A stretch of DNA of 58,967 bases from Candidatus Woesearchaeota archaeon (GTDB lineage Archaea > Nanobdellota > Nanobdellia > Pacearchaeales > GW2011-AR1): positions 1-58,967 of the forward strand of contig CAZNOS010000001.1 in assembly GCA_964574775.1 (NCBI GenBank), given 5' to 3'. Below are positions 1 through 9,463 of this stretch, piece by piece. Below the pieces are notes generated by a model. The model made no database searches. It worked only from the letters and a program-made list of their open reading frames with translations, and was not told the DNA's origin. Positions within the stretch are counted from its first letter, which is position 1. Each line of letters opens with the position of its first letter. The translations under genes were made by a program, and so were the position numbers.

Positions 1-69
1 AGTTGTACTAAAGAGATATATTCTAAAACCCCAACATTTATTAATTTCGTCGTCATTAAATAATTGTTC

Positions 70-1104
70 ATGGGCGTACAAATATCCGACATAATACCAA
101 AAAAAGAAATAGAACTTTCAGACTTAAAAGGAAAAGTAATTGCCATAGATGCATTCAATGCACTTTATCAATTTCTCACCACAATAAGACAGCAAGATGG
201 AACACCACTAATGGACTCTCAAGGAAGAATCACCTCTCACCTTTCTGGTCTCTTTTATCGAAATATAAATCTCTTAACCGAGGGAATAAATCTCATCTAT
301 GTTTTCGACGGAGAACCACCAGAACTAAAATTAAAAGAAATAGAAGAAAGACAAAAAGCAAAACAAATAGCCCAAGAAAAATTTGAAGAAGCTAAAGAAA
401 AAGAAGACGAATCTGGTATGCGAAAATATTCTGCCCAAACTGTAAAACTCACAAAAGAAATAATCGAAGAAAGTAAAGAGCTCCTTAACGCAATGGGAAT
501 ACCGACTATCCAAGCATCCGGAGAAGGAGAAGCCGAAGCCGCACTAATCGCCCGACACGGTTTCGCATGGGCATCTGCATCGCAAGATTATGACTCTCTA
601 TTATTTGGAACACCTAAACTAATTCGAAACCTAACTCTCTCCCGAAAAAGAAAAACTTCTTCCGGTTCAATAGTAGACACGAGCATTGAGTTGATAGAAT
701 TCGAAGACGTTCTCAATAAACTTCAGATTGACAGAGAGCAACTAATATGTCTCGCTATTCTAGTTGGAACGGATTATAATCCTGGCGGAGTAAAAGGAAT
801 CGGTCAGAAACGAGCGCTAGAAATTGTGCAAAAATATCAATTCCCATTCGCTATTTTCGAATACGTAAAAAACTCTCCAAAATATACAATAGATTTCGAC
901 TGGCAAGAAGTTTTCAAACAATTTAAAGAATTTAAATCTGAAACAAAAGAAAAAATAATTCAACTAAAACCAGACAAAGAAAAAATAATGGAGCTCATGG
1001 TAAAAAAACACGACTTCTCCGAAGAAAGAATAAACAACGCCCTAGATAAAATAAAAAACTTAGAAGAAGAAAGAAAACAGAAAACAATGAAAGATTTCTT
1101 TTAA
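70..1104 (+). CDS. fen: Flap endonuclease 1 (FEN-1, XPG/Rad2 family)
   Basis: MGVQISDIIPKKEI...VIAIDAFNALYQFL, IYVFDGEPPELK, GEGEAEAA and SQDYDSLLFG are hallmark XPG-N/XPG-I motifs. ATG at 70 is preferred over the TTG at 64 used by the ORF track. Confidence 0.95.
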   Translation: MGVQISDIIPKKEIELSDLKGKVIAIDAFNALYQFLTTIRQQDGTPLMDSQGRITSHLSGLFYRNINLLTEGINLIYVFDGEPPELKLKEIEERQKAKQIAQEKFEEAKEKEDESGMRKYSAQTVKLTKEIIEESKELLNAMGIPTIQASGEGEAEAALIARHGFAWASASQDYDSLLFGTPKLIRNLTLSRKRKTSSGSIVDTSIELIEFEDVLNKLQIDREQLICLAILVGTDYNPGGVKGIGQKRALEIVQKYQFPFAIFEYVKNSPKYTIDFDWQEVFKQFKEFKSETKEKIIQLKPDKEKIMELMVKKHDFSEERINNALDKIKNLEEERKQKTMKDFF

Positions 1105-1252
1105 ATCGTATTTTGTACATTTTTTCAACAAAAAGTACACTTACAATACAATATAGCTATACTATTAATCTATTTAGCACTAAAAGTAACATAATACTTA
1201 ATTTATGATACCAAATAGCAACATTTATAAAGTTATAACAATTAAATAAATC

Positions 1253-2488
1253 ATGGCAACCAAGTATGATTATTTTGAATTAGTTTACAAAAATAAGTCC
1301 TCTATGAAACCCATAGAAATAACAAGAAATTTTAACAAAGAAAATTATGCAACGATTCATAAACAGCTAAACGAACTCGTAAAAGAAAAATTACTAATAA
1401 GGGTCCAACAAGGCTTTCAAGTCGAGACTAGTCCAAAAGTAGAACTGCTCCATCAAATAATATCATATTGTGTAAAAAATGAAATTAATTACAATCTTCT
1501 ATTAGAAGAAAATTTTGTAAAATTTGTCAAGAACGCTCTAGAAAAAAAAATCAGTTCTAAAAATATGGGCATTAACCCACGAACCTTAAAAAAATATTTA
1601 TCAATATTAGAGAGATATGGGCTTGTGCTAATAATCTCAGAAAAACCCATAGAAGCTAAGGTGTTTTATAACCCGCTTCTAAACAATCTCCTACTATACT
1701 TTAACCACAAAACTATTAAGATAAATAATGAGCTAACTAATTATCTAAATGAAATAGAAAAAGAAATAAGTACTTTTAAAAAATTAAGAAAGAACAATGA
1801 ATTGAAATATAAAAAAATTCTTGAAGATCTTCAAATCTCATTTATTTATCATAGCCTATCATTAGAAGGCAACCCAATAACACTTCCGGAAACAATAAAA
1901 ATATTGCAAGACAAACTCATACCGGCTGACTTAAGAGCCATTGACGTAGAAGAGATAAAGAATTACCAGGAAGCAATAAGACAAATGTTAAAAGATACAG
2001 ACGAGAGAAAATTACTAAACATTCCTTCAATTCTCGAATATCATAAAATAGCAATGAAACATAGAATTAGTATTGCCGGAGCAATTAGGACCATTCCGGT
2101 TTTTATAAATGGAAATCCTGAATTCAAAACAACCGATCCATCTAAAATCAAAGAAGAACTTGATAAATTGATTCAAAACTATAATCAATTTTCAAATAGA
2201 AGATCGATTTCTTTCAAAGAAACTCTAAATTTTGCCGTCTACTTCCATAATGAATTTCAGCACATACATCCATTTGAAGACGGAAACAGTAGGACTACTC
2301 GTTTGATTACATTTTATATTTTCCAACAACAAGACATTCCTATTTTAGACATTCCATTCGGACTCTTAGATGAATATTTAACGAATACTAAGGGTTCAAA
2401 AAAAAGAGAAGATGAAAAATTAAGTCAAACGCTTCAAAAAATAGTATTATACAATCTAAAAACAATGAATAAAAAACTCAAGTATTAA
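1253..2488 (+). CDS. Fic/DOC family protein (AMPylase-like) with N-terminal putative winged-helix region
   Basis: Fic active-site motif HPFEDGNSRTTR (HxFx[DE]GN[GS]RxxR) in the C-terminal half. The N-terminal wHTH assignment is inference only. Confidence 0.8.
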   Translation: MATKYDYFELVYKNKSSMKPIEITRNFNKENYATIHKQLNELVKEKLLIRVQQGFQVETSPKVELLHQIISYCVKNEINYNLLLEENFVKFVKNALEKKISSKNMGINPRTLKKYLSILERYGLVLIISEKPIEAKVFYNPLLNNLLLYFNHKTIKINNELTNYLNEIEKEISTFKKLRKNNELKYKKILEDLQISFIYHSLSLEGNPITLPETIKILQDKLIPADLRAIDVEEIKNYQEAIRQMLKDTDERKLLNIPSILEYHKIAMKHRISIAGAIRTIPVFINGNPEFKTTDPSKIKEELDKLIQNYNQFSNRRSISFKETLNFAVYFHNEFQHIHPFEDGNSRTTRLITFYIFQQQDIPILDIPFGLLDEYLTNTKGSKKREDEKLSQTLQKIVLYNLKTMNKKLKY

Positions 2489-3069
2489 GTTTGACTTTTG
2501 TCTAACAAAACACGAGTTAGCCTTTCATAAACTAACGGATTGGGAAAACCATTCTCCCTAAACCAACATTCATATTCATCATACTTGAAAGCTTCTTGTT
2601 TGTAATGGTCCCCAATTGCCGCACAAGTCGCCCAACTCCTACTTACCCCAGCAAAACAATGAATCATAACGTCCTTAAATTTCCCCATATTCTTTGCAAC
2701 AAACCTCTTAATATCTAACGCCTGTGCTCCATTAAAATAAATATAATCCGACCCATCGTCCGGCTTTCTCTCAAAACTAAAAAAATCATCTTCAACCTTT
2801 CCCGCCTCTAATCTTCTTTGTAAATCCGACGCCTTTGCTCTAGAAAACCAAGACACATCTTCTCCACACTCCTTCTCTATTATGTCATCAAAAACAACAT
2901 TAAGAACATCTACATATTGATCTTCCAAAAATAAACAATCTTCATTCTTTCTATCGTGCCTCTTCTCGCAAAACTTAGACATCAAACATCTAATTGCAAT
3001 TGTAGGTACAACTGGATAAAAATTTGCGGGAGAACCACAAACCTCGGCCTGACTAAAAACCTTTATCAT
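2485..3069 (-). CDS. Cys-based (dual-specificity/PTP-like) protein phosphatase
   Basis: P-loop HCFAGVSRS matches HCx5R[ST]. Convergent with the Fic gene, overlapping it by 4 nt. Confidence 0.7.
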   Translation of the reverse strand: MIKVFSQAEVCGSPANFYPVVPTIAIRCLMSKFCEKRHDRKNEDCLFLEDQYVDVLNVVFDDIIEKECGEDVSWFSRAKASDLQRRLEAGKVEDDFFSFERKPDDGSDYIYFNGAQALDIKRFVAKNMGKFKDVMIHCFAGVSRSWATCAAIGDHYKQEAFKYDEYECWFRENGFPNPLVYERLTRVLLDKSQT

Positions 3070-3089
3070 TTGAACATATCAAAAACTAT

Positions 3090-4289
3090 TTATTTTTTCT
3101 TTTTATTAGATTGTGCTCTTTTTTTCTTAGCAGCAACGATCCACCAAGCAACTCCAAGCAATATTAAGAATATAACAACACCAAGAGACCATCTACCTGC
3201 AGTTGTACCAATAACCGCACCAGTTATTGCACTAATAAAATTTGTAGCAGTAGAATTTGTCGCATTTTCTTCGACAAGTGTTTGATTATCTTGATTATCA
3301 TTTAGAACTGGAACACTACAAGATCTTAAATCCATTGGTTCAGAGGCCTCTGGTTCACAATAATTTGCTGGATAAGAACAAGTTCTACTTTGAACTCCGC
3401 CATTACATTCGGACCAGTCAGTACATGTCCATACTGTAGTACAAGAAGAACTTCCGCCACCATTTCCACCAGTTACTGGAGCAGCGTTTACTATTACTGT
3501 TCTATTTAACGAAGCAGAATTCCCAGCATTATCTACAACACTATATTGAACATAATAAGTTCCAACAGCGGAAGTATTTACATTTGAAATATTAGTTATA
3601 TTAGAGGTTAAATTCCCACTTACACCATCATCTGCAGTTGCGCCCTTGTCTGTATAAACATCGCCGACTGTTAAAGTTTCATTTCCACCGATCAAAGTAA
3701 TAACTGGCTTAATCGTATCAACTGTAAAAGATAAAATTCTTGTAGTGCAAGTATCTCCATCTACACAAAATTTAAGAGTTAAATTATTTTCGCCCTCTAC
3801 TGCTTCATAATTTACATCATACCAATATTCATCGTCACCATATAAAGAAGTATCGTCGAAATAAAACACGCCAATGTATCCTGGTGCAGAAATATTGATA
3901 TCTACAAACAAAGAATTAACCAAGCTATTAGGACTAACAAAACTAATAGGTAAATTATAAAAGGTAAGATTTGCATATTCATATTCTCCCGAAGAGTCAT
4001 TAATAAACATCAAGGGAACCACGTTTTCACCATTTTGAACAATCCAATCGTCATAATACCAGTATGCATCGCCATCATTACTCAAAAGACTACTGCTACC
4101 ATCTTCCACAAAAGAAACATCATTATAGCCAATTACAGATAAATTAATCAAAGTAAAAGAATTATCTGTTATAATAGAATCATTTAGCGGAGAAATAAAA
4201 GAATAAGAATTAGAAGACGGTAAAGCACTAGCAAAAGATAAAACTAATAAAAATGCAAAAACGAAAGATAAAATATTTGTTTGTTTCAT
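3090..4289 (-). CDS. Glycoprotein-like surface protein with Ig-like (DUF5011/HYR-like) domain, Cys-knot stalk and C-terminal membrane anchor
   Basis: Signal peptide MKQTNILSFVFAFLLVLSFASA and at least a dozen N-x-S/T sequons. Segment KPVITLIGGNETLTVGDVYTDKGATADDGVSGNLT...YYVQYSVVDNAGNSAS resembles bacterial Ig-like DUF5011. Motif CTTVWTCTDWSECNGGVQSRTC, then C-terminal TM plus KKKRAQSNKKKK tail. Confidence 0.7.
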   Translation of the reverse strand: MKQTNILSFVFAFLLVLSFASALPSSNSYSFISPLNDSIITDNSFTLINLSVIGYNDVSFVEDGSSSLLSNDGDAYWYYDDWIVQNGENVVPLMFINDSSGEYEYANLTFYNLPISFVSPNSLVNSLFVDINISAPGYIGVFYFDDTSLYGDDEYWYDVNYEAVEGENNLTLKFCVDGDTCTTRILSFTVDTIKPVITLIGGNETLTVGDVYTDKGATADDGVSGNLTSNITNISNVNTSAVGTYYVQYSVVDNAGNSASLNRTVIVNAAPVTGGNGGGSSSCTTVWTCTDWSECNGGVQSRTCSYPANYCEPEASEPMDLRSCSVPVLNDNQDNQTLVEENATNSTATNFISAITGAVIGTTAGRWSLGVVIFLILLGVAWWIVAAKKKRAQSNKKKK

Positions 4290-4337
4290 TTGAATGTATA
4301 TGTTTTAGTATATATGTTTATTTATAAACCCTTTTGT

Positions 4338-4865
4338 TTATTTAGTGCCTAATTTAAAAAAGCCGTTTCTCTTGAAATCATCAGACGCATAAGCCACGGT
4401 AGCACTAATTTCCTTATTTAAATCGGACGTAGCATTGTAACATTTAGCCAATCTAGAAGTCCAGGTTTTTAAATCCGTAGAATCATGAACATAATAATTA
4501 ACACCTTGCGTCAAATTTGTAGCCGAAACAGTTACATAAACTCTATTGGGAAAAGCGGGCTTAACTTCTCTAGATATCCTAGTTATATGTGGTCTATTAG
4601 CAACAATAGCCATAGCCACAGGAGTATCATTTGAAGCAACACCTGCAACAGAATAATCATTTGAAGCAACACCTGCAACAGAATAATCATTTGAAGCAAC
4701 ATTTGAAACATCATTTGTAGAAGCTAAAGAAGATCCAGCAAGTACAGGAGTATCATTTGAAACAACATTCGCAACATCTTTCGTTCCGCCAAAAGCAGAA
4801 GCAGCACTAGCCAATATAGCTAATCCGCCAGCAATTGTTGAACGTATTTGATTCATCATGAACAT
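4338..4865 (-). CDS. Secreted repeat protein (SND-rich decapeptide repeats), unknown function
   Basis: Signal-like N-terminus (IAGGLAILASAASAFG). Repeats SNDYSVAGVA x2 plus degenerate copies. Arg-using, Lys-poor C-terminal domain ending GFFKLGTK. Confidence 0.6.
   Translation of the reverse strand: MFMMNQIRSTIAGGLAILASAASAFGGTKDVANVVSNDTPVLAGSSLASTNDVSNVASNDYSVAGVASNDYSVAGVASNDTPVAMAIVANRPHITRISREVKPAFPNRVYVTVSATNLTQGVNYYVHDSTDLKTWTSRLAKCYNATSDLNKEISATVAYASDDFKRNGFFKLGTK
4621..4776. repeat. 30-bp tandem repeat (3 adjacent units, 27/30 identity to the middle unit, plus a degenerate 4th copy) inside CDS 4338..4865
   Basis: Units are 4621-4650 ggagtatcatttgaagcaacacctgcaaca, 4651-4680 gaataatcatttgaagcaacacctgcaaca and 4681-4710 gaataatcatttgaagcaacatttgaaaca. 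A degenerate copy lies at 4747-4776. Confidence 0.9.
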
Positions 4866-5034
4866 TTCAAAAGAACAGGCTATTTAAACCTTCCGATTTT
4901 GTCGTAACTATATAATGATACAAAAACCTCGACGGAAAATACACAAATAGTTAGCTTTTCCTACATTCCAACATATCTATTCTTCATAAAAATTCAAAAA
5001 ATACCATTTAAAAAACTACTGAAATCATCAAACC

Positions 5035-5706
5035 TTAAGGAGCAGCAGGAGTTGAAGCAGGAGTAGGAGTTGGAGCAGGAGTTAGAGTTGATGGATGTGC
5101 AATTTTACAATCTTGCTCAGAAAGATAAACTTCGCTAGAAGCCCTACAAACAGCTACCTTCTCTGTCGAACCTGCATATTTAACGCAAGCAGTACCATCC
5201 GTATTAAAGCACCAGCTTTCTAATCCCAAAATATCTCTCACTAAAATAAGGTTTTTCTTAGTACAATCTTTACCATTAATCAAAATACTATAACTAGAAG
5301 AACCAGAATTCTCATTTATTGCTAATTGACATCTCTCTACCCAAGTGGTTTCTGGACACTTTATTGCCGCTTCATTATAATTCTCTATGCTTGCAACAGA
5401 AGTCTTTATTGTAGAATTAAGATACTCGCAATTAACCAACTGTTTACTAAGACCAAAAAAACTCTTTTTTTCTATAGTCTTAAAATCATTACAAAACTTT
5501 TTTTGCAAATCAACTGGACCGACAGACAAATCAGTACTACATCCACCAGCAGCAGCGACAACTACGGCATCATTTGCGCCCAGTGCAGCACCAGCAGTTC
5601 CAAGTACTCCTTTATAAAAACCGACAACAAGAAGTCCGATAATAATAACAACGACAAATACAATTATAAAATTCATCAAAGCATCGCCCTTTTTATTCAT
5701 CACCAT
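5035..5706 (-). CDS. Prepilin-like (class III signal-like) Cys-rich secreted protein, cluster member A
   Basis: N-terminus MVMNKKGDALMNFIIVFVVVIIIGLLVV. 11 Cys in the ectodomain. Pro/Thr-rich C-terminal tail TLTPAPTPTPASTPAAP. Confidence 0.7.
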   Translation of the reverse strand: MVMNKKGDALMNFIIVFVVVIIIGLLVVGFYKGVLGTAGAALGANDAVVVAAAGGCSTDLSVGPVDLQKKFCNDFKTIEKKSFFGLSKQLVNCEYLNSTIKTSVASIENYNEAAIKCPETTWVERCQLAINENSGSSSYSILINGKDCTKKNLILVRDILGLESWCFNTDGTACVKYAGSTEKVAVCRASSEVYLSEQDCKIAHPSTLTPAPTPTPASTPAAP

Positions 5707-5754
5707 TAGAATACTAAAAAGAAATCTATTTATAAATCTTTCTTTGATTCACTA

Positions 5755-6714
5755 CTAACTACTAATAATCATAGTTTCAGCACCAGATGGACAAAACGCC
5801 AAATTTGTCGAGGATTTTCCCTCTTCGAAATAATTAAACGCCAAACTAAATTCTAGCTTTTTCATTTCCTTATTAATATAATATCTATCCTTACTCGTTA
5901 ATTTCGCTAAAATACTAACTGGTTTCGCATATCCACTAAGGCTACTAACGACATTAACATTACTACCCGTATCACCAGAAACATATGTTGGTGGCGTAGG
6001 CTGGGCAGAAATCGAACTAAATCCTTGCAAAGCAACATCTTCAAAACTCACATCAAAATCAGAAAATTTATTTTCAAAACATATTTTCGCAGCGTCCGAA
6101 CTCGAAGATCTTAGACACTCGCAATAAATTCCGACGATATCATCTAAACTCAACAACCCCAACATTTGAAAACTTACATCAGCATTTATCATAGAAGAAT
6201 AATTAACTCGCAATAACACATTCCCATCAGAGTCAACTCTACTAATATTAGTACGCCAGTTTTCAGCTCTCACTCTCGCACTCTTCCCATCAAAACTATA
6301 AACCGCATTATTACCACGGAAAAAATCTCCTACCGCACCAACTCTTTGCATATCTTCGCCATCAAAACTAAACAATACACCATCACCAAAATTCTCCACT
6401 TTCGTACCCGTTACTTTCTCCCTAAATATCTCATTCAAATTCACATTATCGTGCCCAATTTTTTCAGAATAATCCTTCAAGACAACCTGATAGTTATTCA
6501 AAAAAGATTCTACCAAAATAAAATATAAACTATTTTCTAAACTACTCTCATTTGCATAAACCCTACCATACCAGAGAGCATCATCAAAATTTCCAGAAAC
6601 CTTCAATGATCCCATCGAAAGAATAGACAGTATTCCCGTAAATAAAAACAAAACTCCCAACACCATTATCGCGATACTTACAGAACCCTTTTTATTTTTA
6701 GAAAAACTAAGCAT
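5755..6714 (-). CDS. Prepilin-like protein, cluster member B
   Basis: N-terminus MLSFSKNKKGSVSIAIMVLGVLFLFTG. Overlaps the upstream gene by 8 nt. Confidence 0.7.
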   Translation of the reverse strand: MLSFSKNKKGSVSIAIMVLGVLFLFTGILSILSMGSLKVSGNFDDALWYGRVYANESSLENSLYFILVESFLNNYQVVLKDYSEKIGHDNVNLNEIFREKVTGTKVENFGDGVLFSFDGEDMQRVGAVGDFFRGNNAVYSFDGKSARVRAENWRTNISRVDSDGNVLLRVNYSSMINADVSFQMLGLLSLDDIVGIYCECLRSSSSDAAKICFENKFSDFDVSFEDVALQGFSSISAQPTPPTYVSGDTGSNVNVVSSLSGYAKPVSILAKLTSKDRYYINKEMKKLEFSLAFNYFEEGKSSTNLAFCPSGAETMIISS

Positions 6715-7207
6715 TTTTACACTCCCTCACCAAAACACCCACGTTAGAATATTCCTGTTTTTTTGTTGGCAAATAAAACGAACTCACGTCATCCCACACT
6801 CCACAACCCGCTACATCTTTTGAATCCGGTTGAGGTCTTACCACCACTCTTATCTGACCTATCACCAAACCGAAATAATCATAACTAATCATTTTAATAA
6901 ACTCGTCTACGGATTTTCCGAACGCAGCCTCTCCCTTATAACTACTATAAACATTCCCCAATAATTCGCCCTTCTCAGAACTAGAAAAATCACTCATCAA
7001 AAGCGCAGCACCAATTCTCTGATTCGCAAGAGAATTATGAAAACTATACTCTCCACTAGACAAAACAATCTCGATATCCGCTTTTTTTCCAAGTCCACCA
7101 AGATTGTAAGCCAATATTACAACAATCACCAAAACAAAAATTAATATTAATCCAGCCGCCCAACTAAAAACCTCTCCCGCTCCTTTTTTATTTATTTTTT
7201 TAAACAT
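6707..7207 (-). CDS. Prepilin-like protein, cluster member C
   Basis: N-terminus MFKKINKKGAGEVFSWAAGLILIFVLVIVVIL. ATG at 7207 shares one nt with the TGA of the upstream gene. Confidence 0.7.
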   Translation of the reverse strand: MFKKINKKGAGEVFSWAAGLILIFVLVIVVILAYNLGGLGKKADIEIVLSSGEYSFHNSLANQRIGAALLMSDFSSSEKGELLGNVYSSYKGEAAFGKSVDEFIKMISYDYFGLVIGQIRVVVRPQPDSKDVAGCGVWDDVSSFYLPTKKQEYSNVGVLVRECKNA

Positions 7208-7731
7208 CAAACAACACTCCTTTTACCAATATTATCTGACACAACTAAAACCACAACACTAACTCTTTCTATATTTCCCTCTTTATTTATAAAAAGATAA
7301 CTCTCATTTCTATATAGACAGCCATGTGTGTCGAAAGATTTTTTGTTTCTATTTACATCACAATCACTCTGATACAAAGAATTTCCAGCCGACAAAGAAT
7401 TTCTTACACGAAAACCAGTACCATTAAAAAAACTAATATTAAACCAAAAATAATCCCCTCTAGCGTCGTCACTAGCCGGATCTAAAATATCTTTATTTAA
7501 ATGACAATACGAATACACATTAAAATCATCTGCAAAAACATCGTTCACGATATATCCGTTCTCTGTTATACATTCCATAAAATTCGTATAAAGAATTTCA
7601 GTCTCTAAAGGCCGCACGTCCACCGGACTATTAATATATTGAGCAACTAAAACAATAACTCCCGCACCAATTAAAAGTAAATACAATATAAATATCACAG
7701 ACATTATCTTCTCACTTCCACGTTTGTTCAT
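7207..7731 (-). CDS. Prepilin-like protein, cluster member D
   Basis: N-terminus MNKRGSEKIMSVIFILYLLLIGAGVIVLV. ATGA overlap with the upstream gene. Confidence 0.7.
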   Translation of the reverse strand: MNKRGSEKIMSVIFILYLLLIGAGVIVLVAQYINSPVDVRPLETEILYTNFMECITENGYIVNDVFADDFNVYSYCHLNKDILDPASDDARGDYFWFNISFFNGTGFRVRNSLSAGNSLYQSDCDVNRNKKSFDTHGCLYRNESYLFINKEGNIERVSVVVLVVSDNIGKRSVV

Positions 7732-8171
7732 TCTTTCACCTCTATTTTTATTGTAACTCTTCCATTGTTGCCCAGATTCGGAGGAGAAAAAAGAATGTTA
7801 TAATTGGAAAAATAGCAATATGTATAACCGCCCGTCTTAGAACCCAAAGAAACAAAAATACAAGGCTCATCCTTAACTTTCGAAAAACTTTCACCCTTCG
7901 CCCTCACAACATCTCTCTTCTCTTTTAGCGCTATATTATATGCATCCGTAACATCTAACGTAATATCCGTACCTGGCCTCGCTCCGTCAATAATCAACGC
8001 AATTTTTTTTGCATAAATTTCCTCATTAATAGATGCCCCACCTATAGAATTTTTAGCAAAGACTAAAAGAATAAAGGCAAAAACTAAAAATAAAATCAAA
8101 TAAGTAATCTCCGGCCAAGCAATAGCATTTGCAGAACCCCTCTTGTTTTCTTTAAAATCCAAAATCACCAT
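7728..8171 (-). CDS. Prepilin-like protein, cluster member E
   Basis: Start set at the internal ATG (MVILDFKENKRGSANAIAWPEITYLILFLVFAFILLVF). The ORF-track start at 8213 is probably an over-extension. Confidence 0.65.
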   Translation of the reverse strand: MVILDFKENKRGSANAIAWPEITYLILFLVFAFILLVFAKNSIGGASINEEIYAKKIALIIDGARPGTDITLDVTDAYNIALKEKRDVVRAKGESFSKVKDEPCIFVSLGSKTGGYTYCYFSNYNILFSPPNLGNNGRVTIKIEVKE

Positions 8172-8217
8172 ACGAAACAAACCACTTTTAACATTATAAA
8201 TCTTGCCAAACAATCAA

Positions 8218-9270
8218 CTAAACGTTCTGGAATTCCTGTATGCCGTATTTTTCAAATCCATCTTTACTATAATCAGTTAATACCAATCCCCCAACCGCCA
8301 CAGAATCCTTTAGCGGACCCGAAACAAAAAATCCTTGCAACCAATCTCCAAAATCTCCAACAACACTAAGAACCGAATAACCAAGTCCAACACCAGCTAT
8401 ATTTCCTGCGCTACCTCCTCCAGCAAGAACCAATACTCCCTTTCCAAGAATAGAGGACGCCCCAGGAACAAAAATACAAACAGCCGCTATAGCAGCACCT
8501 GCTGTTGTGCCAGCAATAACCTTTCCTAGATTTGTATTTGTAGTTTCAATATAAGTTATAGCTTTAACTCCAGTCAGATTCAAGAAATCACTATTTTTCA
8601 AATCGGCACTTGTCTCAATCGGAACAAGAGATCCATACAACTGAGCAGCCGAATCTCCCTCGGGAGTATTTCTAAGATAATCCATATAACTATAATTTTG
8701 AGTCGGAACCTTATGCGTCGTCATATACTGAACTAATCCTGTAATATTTTTTATATCATCAGATGGATCATCCTTATCTTTACCAAAAAGAATACTATCA
8801 TCAAATTCTATCTTATCACATATAATTCCTTTAGAAACATCCGCATCTGTAATTTTCCATGCCCTAGAAAAAATCTGCAACTTACCCTCTCCAAACATAT
8901 TCCAACAATCAGCCATTTCTCTAGCTAAAAACATTCTTATCTGTTCTTTCTGTTCAATAACAGTCGTGGCCGACAACCTTTGTGTTTCATATGTTTTCCC
9001 GATACCTGTACAATTCCCCTTACCGGAAGCCTTAGTCGTAAGACAAATCACTCTAGACTTACACCGAACAGAAACAAGATCTTTCGCAGGAACATCTCCA
9101 CCAGGAAGTATTGCCTTAAGCAAAATTGATTCTTTACATGCCGCTCTATCTATAGTTTGTTGAAATGGGAAAAAAACAAAGATAAGCACGAAAACAGCTA
9201 ACGTAATAACTGCCAAAATTATACTGACAACAAACCAGTTTACATCTCCTCTTTTATTAAAAATAAACAT
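8218..9270 (-). CDS. Prepilin-like protein, cluster member F, with Gly-rich hydrophobic C-terminal region
   Basis: ATG at 9270 gives MFIFNKRGDVNWFVVSIILAVITLAVFVLIF. C-terminal segment AGTTAGAAIAAVCIFVPGASSILGKGVLVLAGGGSAGNIAGVGLG. Confidence 0.7.
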   Translation of the reverse strand: MFIFNKRGDVNWFVVSIILAVITLAVFVLIFVFFPFQQTIDRAACKESILLKAILPGGDVPAKDLVSVRCKSRVICLTTKASGKGNCTGIGKTYETQRLSATTVIEQKEQIRMFLAREMADCWNMFGEGKLQIFSRAWKITDADVSKGIICDKIEFDDSILFGKDKDDPSDDIKNITGLVQYMTTHKVPTQNYSYMDYLRNTPEGDSAAQLYGSLVPIETSADLKNSDFLNLTGVKAITYIETTNTNLGKVIAGTTAGAAIAAVCIFVPGASSILGKGVLVLAGGGSAGNIAGVGLGYSVLSVVGDFGDWLQGFFVSGPLKDSVAVGGLVLTDYSKDGFEKYGIQEFQNV

Positions 9271-9303
9271 AATCAAAATACAAAAACCTTCTTTTTATAT
9301 TTA

Positions 9304-9417
9304 ACTAAGAAAGATTCGTCAGAAACTTAATTACGTAAACAACTGCCAATATTAAAATTCCAATTAGAATCGCTATTGAAATATCCTCAACCGTATTACT
9401 GCCCGTATCATCTGCCA
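9304..9417 (-). CDS. Small (37 aa) single-TM protein inside the prepilin-like operon (absent from the ORF track)
   Basis: Hand translation gives MADDTGSNTVEDISIAILIGILILAVVYVIKFLTNLS*. It fills the gap between members H and F on the same strand. Confidence 0.45.
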
Positions 9418-9463
9418 TAAAAAAATAACTTAAACCACATTAATAAATGTTATTAGAAATCAC

